IMG/VR virus record: IMGVR_UViG_3300038321_000169
Coordinates: 1-38,342 of that record
Source of the DNA: a virus
Lineage: Duplodnaviria; Caudoviricetes
Length of the DNA stretch: 38,342 nt
Strand: one strand, 5' to 3'
The position numbers and the translations under genes were made by a program. Shown one piece after another: positions 16,961 to 25,785 of this stretch (within the stretch, counting starts at the first letter, position 1; every line of letters starts with the position of its first letter). The notes below the pieces were generated by a model. That model saw only the letters and a list, made by a program, of their open reading frames with translations, was not told where the DNA came from and did no database searches.

Positions 16961-17250
16961 TATCGAATATAATAATAGGCTTATTTCTAGGATTGGGATG
17001 TTTTACTTTTGTTGCTATAGTCTACTTTTTGATTATAGCAATAACGGACAAAATAAAAAGAAAAACAGCAGAAAAAAGAAGGCTTAAAAAATTAGATGGA
17101 AAGATAGATAAAATAAATAGGCTTATTAGGGAGATACAAATAGAACACGATAAATTTTTAGTGGGAAAAGCGTATAACAGGGCAATGCATAAGTGGATTT
17201 ATCTTCACGAGATTCAAGAAGTAGAGTTATCAGATAAAGAAATTAAATAG
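16957..17250 (+). CDS. Hypothetical membrane-anchored protein
   Basis: N-terminal TM, GGAGG RBS, TTG start. Confidence 0.6.
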   Translation: MISNIIIGLFLGLGCFTFVAIVYFLIIAITDKIKRKTAEKRRLKKLDGKIDKINRLIREIQIEHDKFLVGKAYNRAMHKWIYLHEIQEVELSDKEIK

Positions 17251-17262
17251 GAGGGTTAAATA

Positions 17263-17796
17263 ATGATAAATAGGGAAGACTTAAGTTTTTTAAAAGTATT
17301 GCAAGCTGAAATGTTAAACCAAGAAACAGACTGCCAAGCTGCACCGAGATTCTGGGTGCTTAGACAATATGAATATGAGCCAACTGGAGAAGACTGGATG
17401 GACAAATATGAATACGCTCATAACGATGGAGACTATAGCAACTTTGACGATACAGAGGAATTAGTAGGATTTTTAAGAGACTATGATCTAGCGACAGAAG
17501 AAGAGATAAAAGAAATAGAAGACTGGAATCTGGAAGATGCCTTTGAATTTGTACTAGATAACTTAAATGAGGATAGGCACTTTGAAAAAATTCCAGTAGT
17601 AAGAGTTGCAAAGATAATACCAAATACTTTATTTTTAACTAAAAAGGCAGCTAAGGAGCATATGAAAGCAAACCATTATCACTACAATGATACAGTCCAC
17701 ACTTATGCAATGACAGCTTGGAGATCACCAGAAGTGGAAAATTTATTTAGAATAATAGAAAACTTAGATTTAGAAGAATTGGAAAGAGTGATATGA
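17263..17796 (+). CDS. Conserved hypothetical phage protein
   Basis: 177 aa; QETDCQAAPRFW...FLTK.AAKEH..ANHYHY...TYAMTAWRSPEV. Confidence 0.75.
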   Translation: MINREDLSFLKVLQAEMLNQETDCQAAPRFWVLRQYEYEPTGEDWMDKYEYAHNDGDYSNFDDTEELVGFLRDYDLATEEEIKEIEDWNLEDAFEFVLDNLNEDRHFEKIPVVRVAKIIPNTLFLTKKAAKEHMKANHYHYNDTVHTYAMTAWRSPEVENLFRIIENLDLEELERVI

Positions 17797-17999
17797 AATG
17801 CTAACGATATTTTTTATAATTTCAACTTGTGTGGTAATGTTTAGTTTTGCATTAGCTATATTTTTTTTAACGAATATAGAGGACAAGCAACAATAGTGAT
17901 AGGGGGACAATATGACAATCGTAAGAGGTTTAATCATAGCAACTATAGTTAATAACATTGATAAGGATAAAGAAAAGCTACAAAAGGAAATAGGAGGTC
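17797..17999 (+). repeat. Copy B of the micropeptide repeat (17798-17896, 32 aa; second ORF from 17912 frameshifted relative to copy A)
   Basis: GCAACTATAGTTAATAAC vs GCAACTATAGTAATTAC: one extra T. Confidence 0.8.
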
Positions 18000-18003
18000 A
18001 GCT

Positions 18004-18177
18004 ATGGGAGAAAAGAAAAAAGAAATGCTAATATACCAGATAAACTCTTATATAGAGCAGGTGCTTAATTTAGTAGATAATCAAGGGAAATTAGATTATT
18101 TTAATATAGAGATTAAAAATCATCAAGGGAACTTAAATATGCAATGTAATATAGCAGATAGAAAGAAGGTGTATTAG
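18004..18177 (+). CDS. 57-aa hypothetical protein (helix followed by beta hairpin)
   Basis: AGGAGG RBS; MGEKKKEMLIYQINSYIEQVL...YFNIEIKNHQGNLNMQCNIADRKKVY. Confidence 0.65.
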   Translation: MGEKKKEMLIYQINSYIEQVLNLVDNQGKLDYFNIEIKNHQGNLNMQCNIADRKKVY

Positions 18178-18537
18178 ATGAGGTTTCCAGTAAAGAAAGG
18201 TCAAATTATATATGTAGAGCAAAGCAATATGTTTATAAATACTTCTCCAAATTTATCGGAATATGTAGTAACAAGTGTTAATTCTAGAAGCTTTTATGCT
18301 AAGAGAAAAGATTCGCAAAATGACTACAAGCAACGCTTTGACAAAAAAACTGGAATATCTAATTCTATAGATGGATTTATTAATGAAGCCTATCCAGATG
18401 AGGAAACATACAATGCTAAAATAGAAAAAATAAAAAAGACGGCGGAGCTAAAAATTTATATTAGTAAAAATATAAATAAGCTTGAATTAGAGGATTTAAT
18501 AAAAATAGAAAAGTATATAAAAAAGATGATGGAATAA
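18178..18537 (+). CDS. Hypothetical phage protein (beta-barrel-like)
   Basis: 119-aa ORF abutting previous gene. Confidence 0.7.
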   Translation: MRFPVKKGQIIYVEQSNMFINTSPNLSEYVVTSVNSRSFYAKRKDSQNDYKQRFDKKTGISNSIDGFINEAYPDEETYNAKIEKIKKTAELKIYISKNINKLELEDLIKIEKYIKKMME

Positions 18538-18590
18538 ATCTACTTTTAAATGAATTAGAAGATATAGAGGTTATAGTTAAAACTAAATAA

Positions 18591-18651
18591 GTCCTACTGG
18601 ACCACCAGCGGACACTTTGACTATAGAAATATAGTTGAGGTGTCCTTTTTT
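18591..18651 (+). promoter_or_regulatory. Overlapping antiterminator hairpin and intrinsic terminator
   Basis: GTCC-ta-CTGG-acca-CCAG-c-GGAC (18591-18613) shares GGAC with a 16-bp GAAA-capped stem (18610-18645) + T6. Confidence 0.7.
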
Positions 18652-18668
18652 ATTAGGAGGGAAGATAT

Positions 18669-19322
18669 ATGAATTACTTCTCACAGATTAAAAGTATTAG
18701 AGAAACAGAAAAAGGAACGGATCTTATAGTTCATATTCCAGGAGAGCAGGTTGGCCATAAAATAACTAAATATAGAAATGAATCTGTAATAAATAGTGAA
18801 ATAAGGATTGATGATAATAGAACTATTACAGCAGACCAAAGAAAAAAGATATATGCAACCATAAGAGATATAGCTAATTATTTAGGAGATTGGCCTGAAT
18901 ATTATAAAGAATTTCTAAAGTTTAATTTCTGTATGGAAAAAGGAATAGATTATTTTTCATTATCAGATTGTAGTATATCAGTAGCAAGAGACTTTATCAC
19001 GTATCTTATAGATTTTATATTAAAAGAAGATATACCTTTATCGGATGAAGCTCTCAAGAGGACTGATGATATAAACAGGTATCTTTGGGGTTGTATTAAA
19101 TATAAAAAGTGTGCTATTTGTGGCAGAAAGGGAGAGCCACATCACTGGGATGCAATAGGTATGGGAAGAGATAGAAAAGTAATAGATGATAGCAACTTAA
19201 GAAAAATACAATTATGCAGAATTCATCACACAGAGGCACATAAGATTGGCAGAGATAGTTTTCAGAAAAAATATCATGTGTATGGGATTATCTATAATGA
19301 GGAGGAAGACACATGCAGATAA
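18669..19322 (+). CDS. Putative HNHc nuclease
   Basis: DNRTITADQRKKIYA...FSLSDCS...CAICGR...HH.DAIGMGRDR...LCRIHHTEAH. Confidence 0.82.
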   Translation: MNYFSQIKSIRETEKGTDLIVHIPGEQVGHKITKYRNESVINSEIRIDDNRTITADQRKKIYATIRDIANYLGDWPEYYKEFLKFNFCMEKGIDYFSLSDCSISVARDFITYLIDFILKEDIPLSDEALKRTDDINRYLWGCIKYKKCAICGRKGEPHHWDAIGMGRDRKVIDDSNLRKIQLCRIHHTEAHKIGRDSFQKKYHVYGIIYNEEEDTCR

Positions 19323-19792
19323 AGGACAAGTATTATAAATCAACTGAATCACTTTTATATAATTACAATATGTTAAAGGTAAGTATTGAAAATATGAAAC
19401 TTGAAATAGAAGAAACAAAAAAAGAAGATGGAATGACAGCTATTGAATATAGTGATGAAAAAACAAGCCCTACTTTTAAAATCACCAGTCAAACAGAAGA
19501 TACAGCTATAAGGAATATAGAGCATACTGATTTACTAAGAAAAAGAATAGAAATAACTCAAAATAAAATAACTAGATTAGATAATGCTATAAATGGATTA
19601 AATAAAAATGAAAGAGATGTAATTATAAAAAGATATATAGAAGGTAAACAATGGTATATAGTAGCGTATGAAGTTAATTATAATGAAAGATGGTGTAAAG
19701 AGCTAAGAAAAAGAGCAATAGAGAGATTAACAATAGGGCTGTATGGATATACAGCACTCTTAGAGCACGAAAGTAAGGAGAGTATGTGTTAA
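19313..19792 (+). CDS. Late transcriptional activator (ArpU/RinA-like, sigma-70 region 4-like C-terminus)
   Basis: TESLLYNY...LDNAINGL...ERDVIIKRY.EGKQW..VA...Y.ERW...RKRAI; last gene before packaging module. Confidence 0.8.
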   Translation: MQIKDKYYKSTESLLYNYNMLKVSIENMKLEIEETKKEDGMTAIEYSDEKTSPTFKITSQTEDTAIRNIEHTDLLRKRIEITQNKITRLDNAINGLNKNERDVIIKRYIEGKQWYIVAYEVNYNERWCKELRKRAIERLTIGLYGYTALLEHESKESMC

Positions 19793-19795
19793 TAT
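19750..19795 (+). promoter_or_regulatory. Probable activator-dependent late promoter
   Basis: Direct repeat TACAGCAC / TAGAGCAC 11 bp apart at end of activator gene; extended -10 TGTGTTAATAT, no canonical -35. Confidence 0.5.
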
Positions 19796-19889
19796 GGTAT
19801 TGGAAGAAATTTTAGCTAGGATACAACTTAATAGAGCAAGGATATATAATGTATTAAGGGCTATTACTATTTTAGAATAGACCTAAAAG

Positions 19890-19924
19890 AGGGCATACCT
19901 TACTGCACAGGGTATGTCCTTTTT
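19890..19924 (+). terminator. Intrinsic terminator-like hairpin in late leader
   Basis: AGGGCATACCTT-N7-AGGGTATGTCCT + T run. Confidence 0.7.
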
Positions 19925-19953
19925 ACATATTTAAAATGAGGTGAGAAACAAGT

Positions 19954-20112
19954 ATGGAAATAGCAAAATGTAAATGTGGATATAGATTAGAAAAACCTAA
20001 GTGGGAACATTTAATATATGCGATTTATAAAGATGGAGGACATGCAGGGGAAAATAAATGTCCTGGATGTAAAAATAAAACATTAGAATTCAGTTTTAAA
20101 GCAGGTGATTAA
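19954..20112 (+). CDS. 52-aa zinc-ribbon protein
   Basis: GAGGTGA RBS; CKCG...CPGC. Confidence 0.6.
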   Translation: MEIAKCKCGYRLEKPKWEHLIYAIYKDGGHAGENKCPGCKNKTLEFSFKAGD

Positions 20113-20280
20113 ATGGCTATTAGAGAAATTATAAAATATAAAGACATAGATACATATAGAAGATTACAAAAGATATGTAGAAAGAAGAAGGTTGAATTAG
20201 GAGATAGGGTTGAGAGGTTGATGCAACATGATAGTTATAGGAGACAGGGTAGGAGAATAAGACAGGTTAAGTGGGGATAA
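20113..20280 (+). CDS. 55-aa basic hypothetical protein
   Basis: AGGTGA RBS; LMQHDSYRRQGRRIRQVKW. Confidence 0.6.
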   Translation: MAIREIIKYKDIDTYRRLQKICRKKKVELGDRVERLMQHDSYRRQGRRIRQVKWG

Positions 20281-20337
20281 CGTAGAATAAAGAAGAATTT
20301 CCTCTTCAGATACAAAACAAACGAATGAGGTGGTGAT

Positions 20338-20856
20338 ATGGCGAAGAAAAAACGAAGAAATACAACATATAAAGATTGGATAACAGAAGAAGGATTAATA
20401 AAAATAGAAGGATGGGCTAGAGACGGGCTTATAAATGAAGAAATAGCTAATGAAATAGGAATACATCCATCAACTTTATACGATTGGCAAAAGAAATATC
20501 CCGAGATAGCCGAGGCCTTAAAAAGGGGAAAAGATGTAATAGACAGACAAGTTGAAAATGCACTATTAAAAAGAGCATTAGGTTATGAGTACGAAGAAAT
20601 AACTCAAGAAAGAGCTCTAAAGAAAGATGTTAAAGGTAAACCTATGACTGATTTACATGGGTTTCCAGTATACGAAATGGTGACGACAAAGAAAGTTAAG
20701 AAAGAAGTAGTTCCAGATACTACAGCACAGATATTTTGGCTTAAAAATAGGAAACCAGAACAATGGAGAGATAAGAGAGATGTTAGCGTAGATGGAAATA
20801 TAGATACAGGAACAGAAAAACTAGACTCTATCTTGGACCAACTAAAGGAAGATTGA
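20338..20856 (+). CDS. terS: Terminase small subunit (HTH type)
   Basis: IEGWARDGL..EEIA..IGI..STLYDW..KYPEI.EALK.GK...VENALLKRALGY...PDTTAQIFWLKNR; upstream of terL. Confidence 0.85.
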   Translation: MAKKKRRNTTYKDWITEEGLIKIEGWARDGLINEEIANEIGIHPSTLYDWQKKYPEIAEALKRGKDVIDRQVENALLKRALGYEYEEITQERALKKDVKGKPMTDLHGFPVYEMVTTKKVKKEVVPDTTAQIFWLKNRKPEQWRDKRDVSVDGNIDTGTEKLDSILDQLKED

Positions 20857-20860
20857 TAAC

Positions 20861-22234
20861 ATGAGCGAGCAATTATTGCTATCAGAGAAATACAAAGCTT
20901 TCCTTAAATATAATGCACCAGTAGAATTTTTAGAAGGGACTACTTTTGCAGGCAAAACTACAGTAGGAATTCCCAAGTTTATGTTTAAAGTTGCTGATAG
21001 TTCTAAGAAGTTGCATGTACTTAGTGGCTTAGATTTAGGAACCATAGAAAAGAATATAATAAATAAAGACTTAGGCATTATTGATATATTTGGTCCATTA
21101 GTAGAATATAACGCAAGCGGTAAAGGTCAGCATTCTTTACCTCATATAATATATAAAACACCACAAGGAGAAAGGATAATCTATGTACTAGGCTATGATA
21201 ATAAGACTAGATGGAAGAAGGCTTTAGGCGGTCAATATGGCTGTGTATATATCGACGAGATTAACATTGCCGATATGGATTATGTCAGAGAAATAAGTAT
21301 GAGATGCGATTATCTATTAGGTACGCTTAATCCTGATGATCCAAACCTACCAATCTATAAAGAATATATTAATCATTCAAGACCATTGCATGAGTATAAA
21401 AATGATGCACCACAAGAATTAAATAATATGCTAGATGAAGAACCAAAACCTGGATGGGTGCATTGGTTCTTTTCTTTTGACCATAATTTAGGTCTTACAG
21501 AAGAAAAGAAGCAACAGATTATAACAAATGTACCTAAAGGCACTAAGCTATATAAGAATAAGATACAAGGACTTAGAGGTAGGGCTACAGGATTAGTCTT
21601 CCCTAACTTTAGTAGAAAGAATAATGTAAGGTCAATAGATTGGATTAAAAAGAGAATGGCTGACAAGAAAAATCCATTGAAGTTTATTCGCTTTAGTTGT
21701 GGAGTAGATACAGCATACTCACAAGAAAGCCCTGATACAATTAGCTTTATATATCAAGGGATAACTGATAAAGGTCAATTGATCATCCTAGATGAAGAAG
21801 TATATAACAATGCTAGTCTAGAAGTACCATTAGCACCAAGCGATATTCCTCCAAGACTAATAGCCTTTCTAGAGAGGAATAGAAAGAAATGGGGTTTTGC
21901 TAGGGATGTATTTATAGATAATGCGGACCAGGCAACTATAACAGAATTAAAGAAATATAAAAGGCAGCATGGATGTGTATATAACTTCTTAAATGCTTAT
22001 AAGAAAGTAGAAATAATAGATAGAATTCATTTACAGCTAGGATGGATTAATGCAACAGAGAATAAAAAAGCTGATTATTTAGTATTAGATCATTGTGTTA
22101 ATCATATAGCAGAATTAGAAAGCTATAGTTGGAAAGAGGATAAATATGAGCCAGAAGATAGGAATGACCATACAATTAATTCTTCACAATATGGCTGGAT
22201 TCCATTTAGAACTAAGATAGGAATAGGAGGGTGA
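20861..22234 (+). CDS. terL: Terminase large subunit
   Basis: LEGTTFAGKT, YIDE, TLNP, GVD, NDHTIN. Confidence 0.92.
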   Translation: MSEQLLLSEKYKAFLKYNAPVEFLEGTTFAGKTTVGIPKFMFKVADSSKKLHVLSGLDLGTIEKNIINKDLGIIDIFGPLVEYNASGKGQHSLPHIIYKTPQGERIIYVLGYDNKTRWKKALGGQYGCVYIDEINIADMDYVREISMRCDYLLGTLNPDDPNLPIYKEYINHSRPLHEYKNDAPQELNNMLDEEPKPGWVHWFFSFDHNLGLTEEKKQQIITNVPKGTKLYKNKIQGLRGRATGLVFPNFSRKNNVRSIDWIKKRMADKKNPLKFIRFSCGVDTAYSQESPDTISFIYQGITDKGQLIILDEEVYNNASLEVPLAPSDIPPRLIAFLERNRKKWGFARDVFIDNADQATITELKKYKRQHGCVYNFLNAYKKVEIIDRIHLQLGWINATENKKADYLVLDHCVNHIAELESYSWKEDKYEPEDRNDHTINSSQYGWIPFRTKIGIGG

Positions 22235-22238
22235 GAAT

Positions 22239-22496
22239 ATGACCAATAAGAAAAACGGTATTAAAAGGTATGATGATGGATTAGAGACATTGAGGCTTGA
22301 AGGAAGGACGCTTTATTTAGATGGTGTAGAGGTTAAAAACATTAAGCGGCTAAGCATTGATATAGGTGAACAAGGGATTGCAGAACTAACAATTACCAAG
22401 GACGCAAAGCTAAGCAAAGAAGTATTTAGGATAGAAGAAGCAGAGAAGAAAATCAAAGAACTACAGCAGATACTTAAAGAGGCTTATGGGGAATGA
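22239..22496 (+). CDS. Hypothetical protein inserted between terL and portal
   Basis: 85 aa, AGGAGG RBS. Confidence 0.7.
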   Translation: MTNKKNGIKRYDDGLETLRLEGRTLYLDGVEVKNIKRLSIDIGEQGIAELTITKDAKLSKEVFRIEEAEKKIKELQQILKEAYGE

Positions 22497-22510
22497 TAGG
22501 AGGTTAAATC

Positions 22511-24049
22511 ATGAGATTGAAAGAGGTGATAAAAGGAATGGTAGCAAAACTACTAAACATAGTGCCAGCAACGGACAACCAAATATCCATCAAAGAGCCA
22601 TTAAGTCATGCGGGAACAGTATTAAGAAATAGAATTTGGTATAGGGGAGATCCAAGCGAACTGGACCAGTTTTTTAAACAAACCGCTACAGATGATGTAG
22701 GAAAGTCTAGATTCTGGGCAGCAGTCCCTAGTGCTGATTCAAGCATTAGGAAGTTTCATAGTGGTTTACCTGGTGAAATAGTAGACAAGTTAGCTGATAT
22801 TGTGATAGCTGATTTAGATAGCATAGAGTTAACAGAACAAGATTTATGGGACGATATAGCACTAGACAATAAGTTTACTGATAAAGTCCTAGGAGAAGCT
22901 ATAAAAGATACTCTTATAGATGGTGATGGAGCTTTCAAACTAAGTGTAGATACAGAAACAACAGAATATCCAATAATAGAATTCTTTAGTGGTTCTGATG
23001 TGGATTATAAATATAAAAGAGGTAGACTCCAGGAGATAGTATTCTACGCTTACTATACTCATGAAAAAGAAACCTATAGGTTAGAAGAAATATACGGTAA
23101 AGGCTTTATAGACTATAAGTTATACAATAAGCACGATAAAGAAGTGCCATTATCCAAAGTGCCAGAAATAGCCCATTTAACTAAAGTTACATTTACAGGT
23201 GATTTTATAATGGCAGTACCTATGAAGTTTTTTAAATCTCCTAAGTTTGAGAATAGAGGTAACTCTATATTTGAACGTAAGAGTGATAACTTTGACGCAT
23301 TAGATGAAGTAATATCCCAATGGATAGATGCAATAAGAGCGGGACGAGTGAAGAATTATATTCCAGAGGATCTAGTACCAAAACACCCTGAAACTGGACA
23401 CACAATGAGACCTAATCCTTTTGACAATCAATTTATAAAGATATCTACATCTATGAAAGAGGATTCCAAGGATCAAATAGACCAGATACAAGCAGAGATA
23501 AATTATACTGCTTTTGTTGAAAGCTATGCAAGCACCTTGGATATGTGCTTACAGGGGATTATATCGCCAGCGACGTTAGGGATAGATCTAAAGAAAACTG
23601 ATAATGCAGAAGCACAAAGAGAAAAGGAAAAGACTACTTTATATGCAAGAGGAAAGATAATAGATGTATTGGTAGAAGTTATACCTTTACTAGTAGATAC
23701 AACTCTAAAGGTCTATGACAATATGAAGAAGCGATCTCCAGGAGAATATGAGGAAAATGTGACTGTATCCTTTGGAGAATATGCAAGTCCTGACTTTGGC
23801 AGTGTGGCTGAGGTAGTAGGACAGGCTAAGGCTATGGGTATTATGAGTTTAGAGCAAGCTATTGAGGAATTATATGGAGATACATGGACAGAAGACGAAA
23901 AAGCTTTAGAAGTTAAAAGGATTAGAGAAGGCGACAAAGTAATAGATGAACCTGCTGCATGGGTAGATAGATTTAATAAAGGGAAACAAGAGGATTTAGA
24001 AGATGATGAAAGCAACGAAGGCGAAGAAGTGACAGAAGATGAAGAATAA
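22511..24049 (+). CDS. Portal protein (SPP1 gp6/A118-like)
   Basis: 512 aa after terL; FDALDEVISQW.DAIRAGR, GIISPATLG, acidic tail. Confidence 0.88.
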   Translation: MRLKEVIKGMVAKLLNIVPATDNQISIKEPLSHAGTVLRNRIWYRGDPSELDQFFKQTATDDVGKSRFWAAVPSADSSIRKFHSGLPGEIVDKLADIVIADLDSIELTEQDLWDDIALDNKFTDKVLGEAIKDTLIDGDGAFKLSVDTETTEYPIIEFFSGSDVDYKYKRGRLQEIVFYAYYTHEKETYRLEEIYGKGFIDYKLYNKHDKEVPLSKVPEIAHLTKVTFTGDFIMAVPMKFFKSPKFENRGNSIFERKSDNFDALDEVISQWIDAIRAGRVKNYIPEDLVPKHPETGHTMRPNPFDNQFIKISTSMKEDSKDQIDQIQAEINYTAFVESYASTLDMCLQGIISPATLGIDLKKTDNAEAQREKEKTTLYARGKIIDVLVEVIPLLVDTTLKVYDNMKKRSPGEYEENVTVSFGEYASPDFGSVAEVVGQAKAMGIMSLEQAIEELYGDTWTEDEKALEVKRIREGDKVIDEPAAWVDRFNKGKQEDLEDDESNEGEEVTEDEE

Positions 24050-24971
24050 AAAGAACTATGATATAAGAACAATCTTCATGGAAATGGAACTAGAACTAAT
24101 TAGATCCATGAAAAGAAATTTATCCAGACACGAGGAGGAAGAGCTTAAGCAAGGCTTTAAGTTTGAACAATGGCAATCTGCTAAATTAAGAGATTTAGAA
24201 AGATTTAGAAGAGAGAATATAGAAATTATAGGAGAATATAGCAAACCTATAGAAGAAGTAATTCATCACACATTAGTAGAAACTTATGAGGAGTCTCAGG
24301 ATAATGTAAATGAATTTATAAAAGAAATAAAAAATGAATATGTAGATAATGTCTTTGTTAAATTACCAGGAGATTTAGAGCCAATAACACCCCCTGTAGA
24401 AAGTGAACCTATGAAAGATATGGTGGGGGAAGTATTAGAAAACGTAAGGACATGGCAAGAAGCCCCTACGCCTAGAGATGAGGTCTTTTTTAGAACTAAC
24501 GATAATAAGTTCAATGCACTTATGGAAACAGTTGAAAAGGATTTTAATAAAGCTAATTCGGCGGTACTAAGGCGTATGGATGATATATATAGACAAACCA
24601 TATTTAAAGCACAGGTTAACTATAATACAGGAAGTGTCGGACTAGATAAAGCCATAGATATAGCAACTAAAGATTTTTTAGAAAAAGGCATAGATGCAAT
24701 AACTTATAGCGATGGTAAAAAAGTTAATATAGCTTCTTATGCAGAAATGGCATTGAGGACAGCTAATCATAGAGCTTATTTAATGGGTGAAGGCAAGAAA
24801 AGACAAGAGATGGGATTATCCTTAGTTGTTGTATCGGCTCATGCTACAGCTTGTGAGTTATGTGTACCTTGGCAAGGAAAGATACTTATAGATGACGTTT
24901 ACAGTGGTGGGAGTAAAGAAGATGGAGATTATTCTTTGCTAAGTGCTGCTATGGAAAAGGGGCTACTCCAT
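24039..24971 (+). CDS. Minor capsid / head morphogenesis protein, exon 1 (311 codons)
   Basis: After portal; YAEMALRT, VSAH..AC..C.PWQGK, ends GLLH at intron boundary. Confidence 0.88.
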
Positions 24972-25785
24972 TGAATGCAAAGTTTGGGTGGAGTATAAAC
25001 GGTGTGAACTGCATTACAAAGCAGGTGTGCTAGCATAAAGAAAAAATAAGCTAGTGCTAACGGGGGACGGTAGGCAACCCAATCCCGTGCTAAGCTATTG
25101 CAATATGTCTACACCTATGATATAATCCTATTATATGAGGGAATTTACCAAGTTAGTAATACTGGGAAGGTAAAAAGAGTTGGGAAATATAGCAATCAAC
25201 ATGGGAGTACATGGACAAGTGACAGGTTATTAAGTCCATCTCCAAAAGATAATAATTACATGATTGTAGGACTAAGTAGGGAAGGTAAAGTCAAAAGCAA
25301 ATATGTCCACAGATTGGTAGCGGAAGCTTTTATACCTAATCCCGAGAATAAACCAACTGTTAACCATAAAGATGGAGATAGGAGCAACAATCATTTTAGC
25401 AATTTAGAATGGGCAACATACCTAGAAAACAATCTCCACTCTATAGAGGTATTAGACAGAGATACTAGAAATAAAGGAGATTCTAAACCAGTGTTACAAT
25501 TTGATAAACAAGGGAGCTTTATAAAAGAATATCCATCAATGAGAGAAGCACAAAGACAGACAGGTATTCATGCTATAGATAAAGTTTGTGCTGGTGTCAA
25601 GTATAGACATACTGCTGGTGGGTATATTTGGAGATATAAAGAAGACATTGCAATAGAAAGTGTAGAGACTATCGAAAGCAATCAAGAGCCTAAATAAGGC
25701 TCTTTTTTAGTGAGTAGAGTAGGCTGGAGACGTACCAGTCGAAGCGCACCGCATACACAAGTATGATGATATAGTCCAATAAAAG
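24972..25785 (+). mobile_element. Group I intron (814 nt, IA-like) with HNH ORF in P6 loop
   Basis: Exon ends in U, intron ends in G; P1 TACTCCAT/GTGGAGTA with U-G at splice site; P3 CGGTGTG/CGCACCG; P4 ACGGG/CCCGT; P7 GACTAT/ATAGTC; P8 CATAC/GTATG; removal restores HPNCRH. Confidence 0.93.
25098..25697 (+). CDS. Intron-encoded HNH homing endonuclease (NUMOD4-HNH-NUMOD1, I-HmuI-like); 5' end uncertain, possibly truncated
   Basis: YEGIYQVSNTGKVK, VHRLVAEAFIPNP..KPTVNHKDGD..NN...NLEW, KPVLQFD..G.FIKEYPS..EA. Confidence 0.8.
   Translation: MQYVYTYDIILLYEGIYQVSNTGKVKRVGKYSNQHGSTWTSDRLLSPSPKDNNYMIVGLSREGKVKSKYVHRLVAEAFIPNPENKPTVNHKDGDRSNNHFSNLEWATYLENNLHSIEVLDRDTRNKGDSKPVLQFDKQGSFIKEYPSMREAQRQTGIHAIDKVCAGVKYRHTAGGYIWRYKEDIAIESVETIESNQEPK

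Noticed and set aside
15729-17999. Repeat pair as DGR template/variable repeats
   Set aside because: No reverse transcriptase; differences are not confined to adenines and include indels
24972-25785. Insertion as intein, IS element or group II intron
   Set aside because: In-frame TGA right after the exon excludes an intein; no transposase, target duplication, GUGYG start or RT; group I core pairings are present
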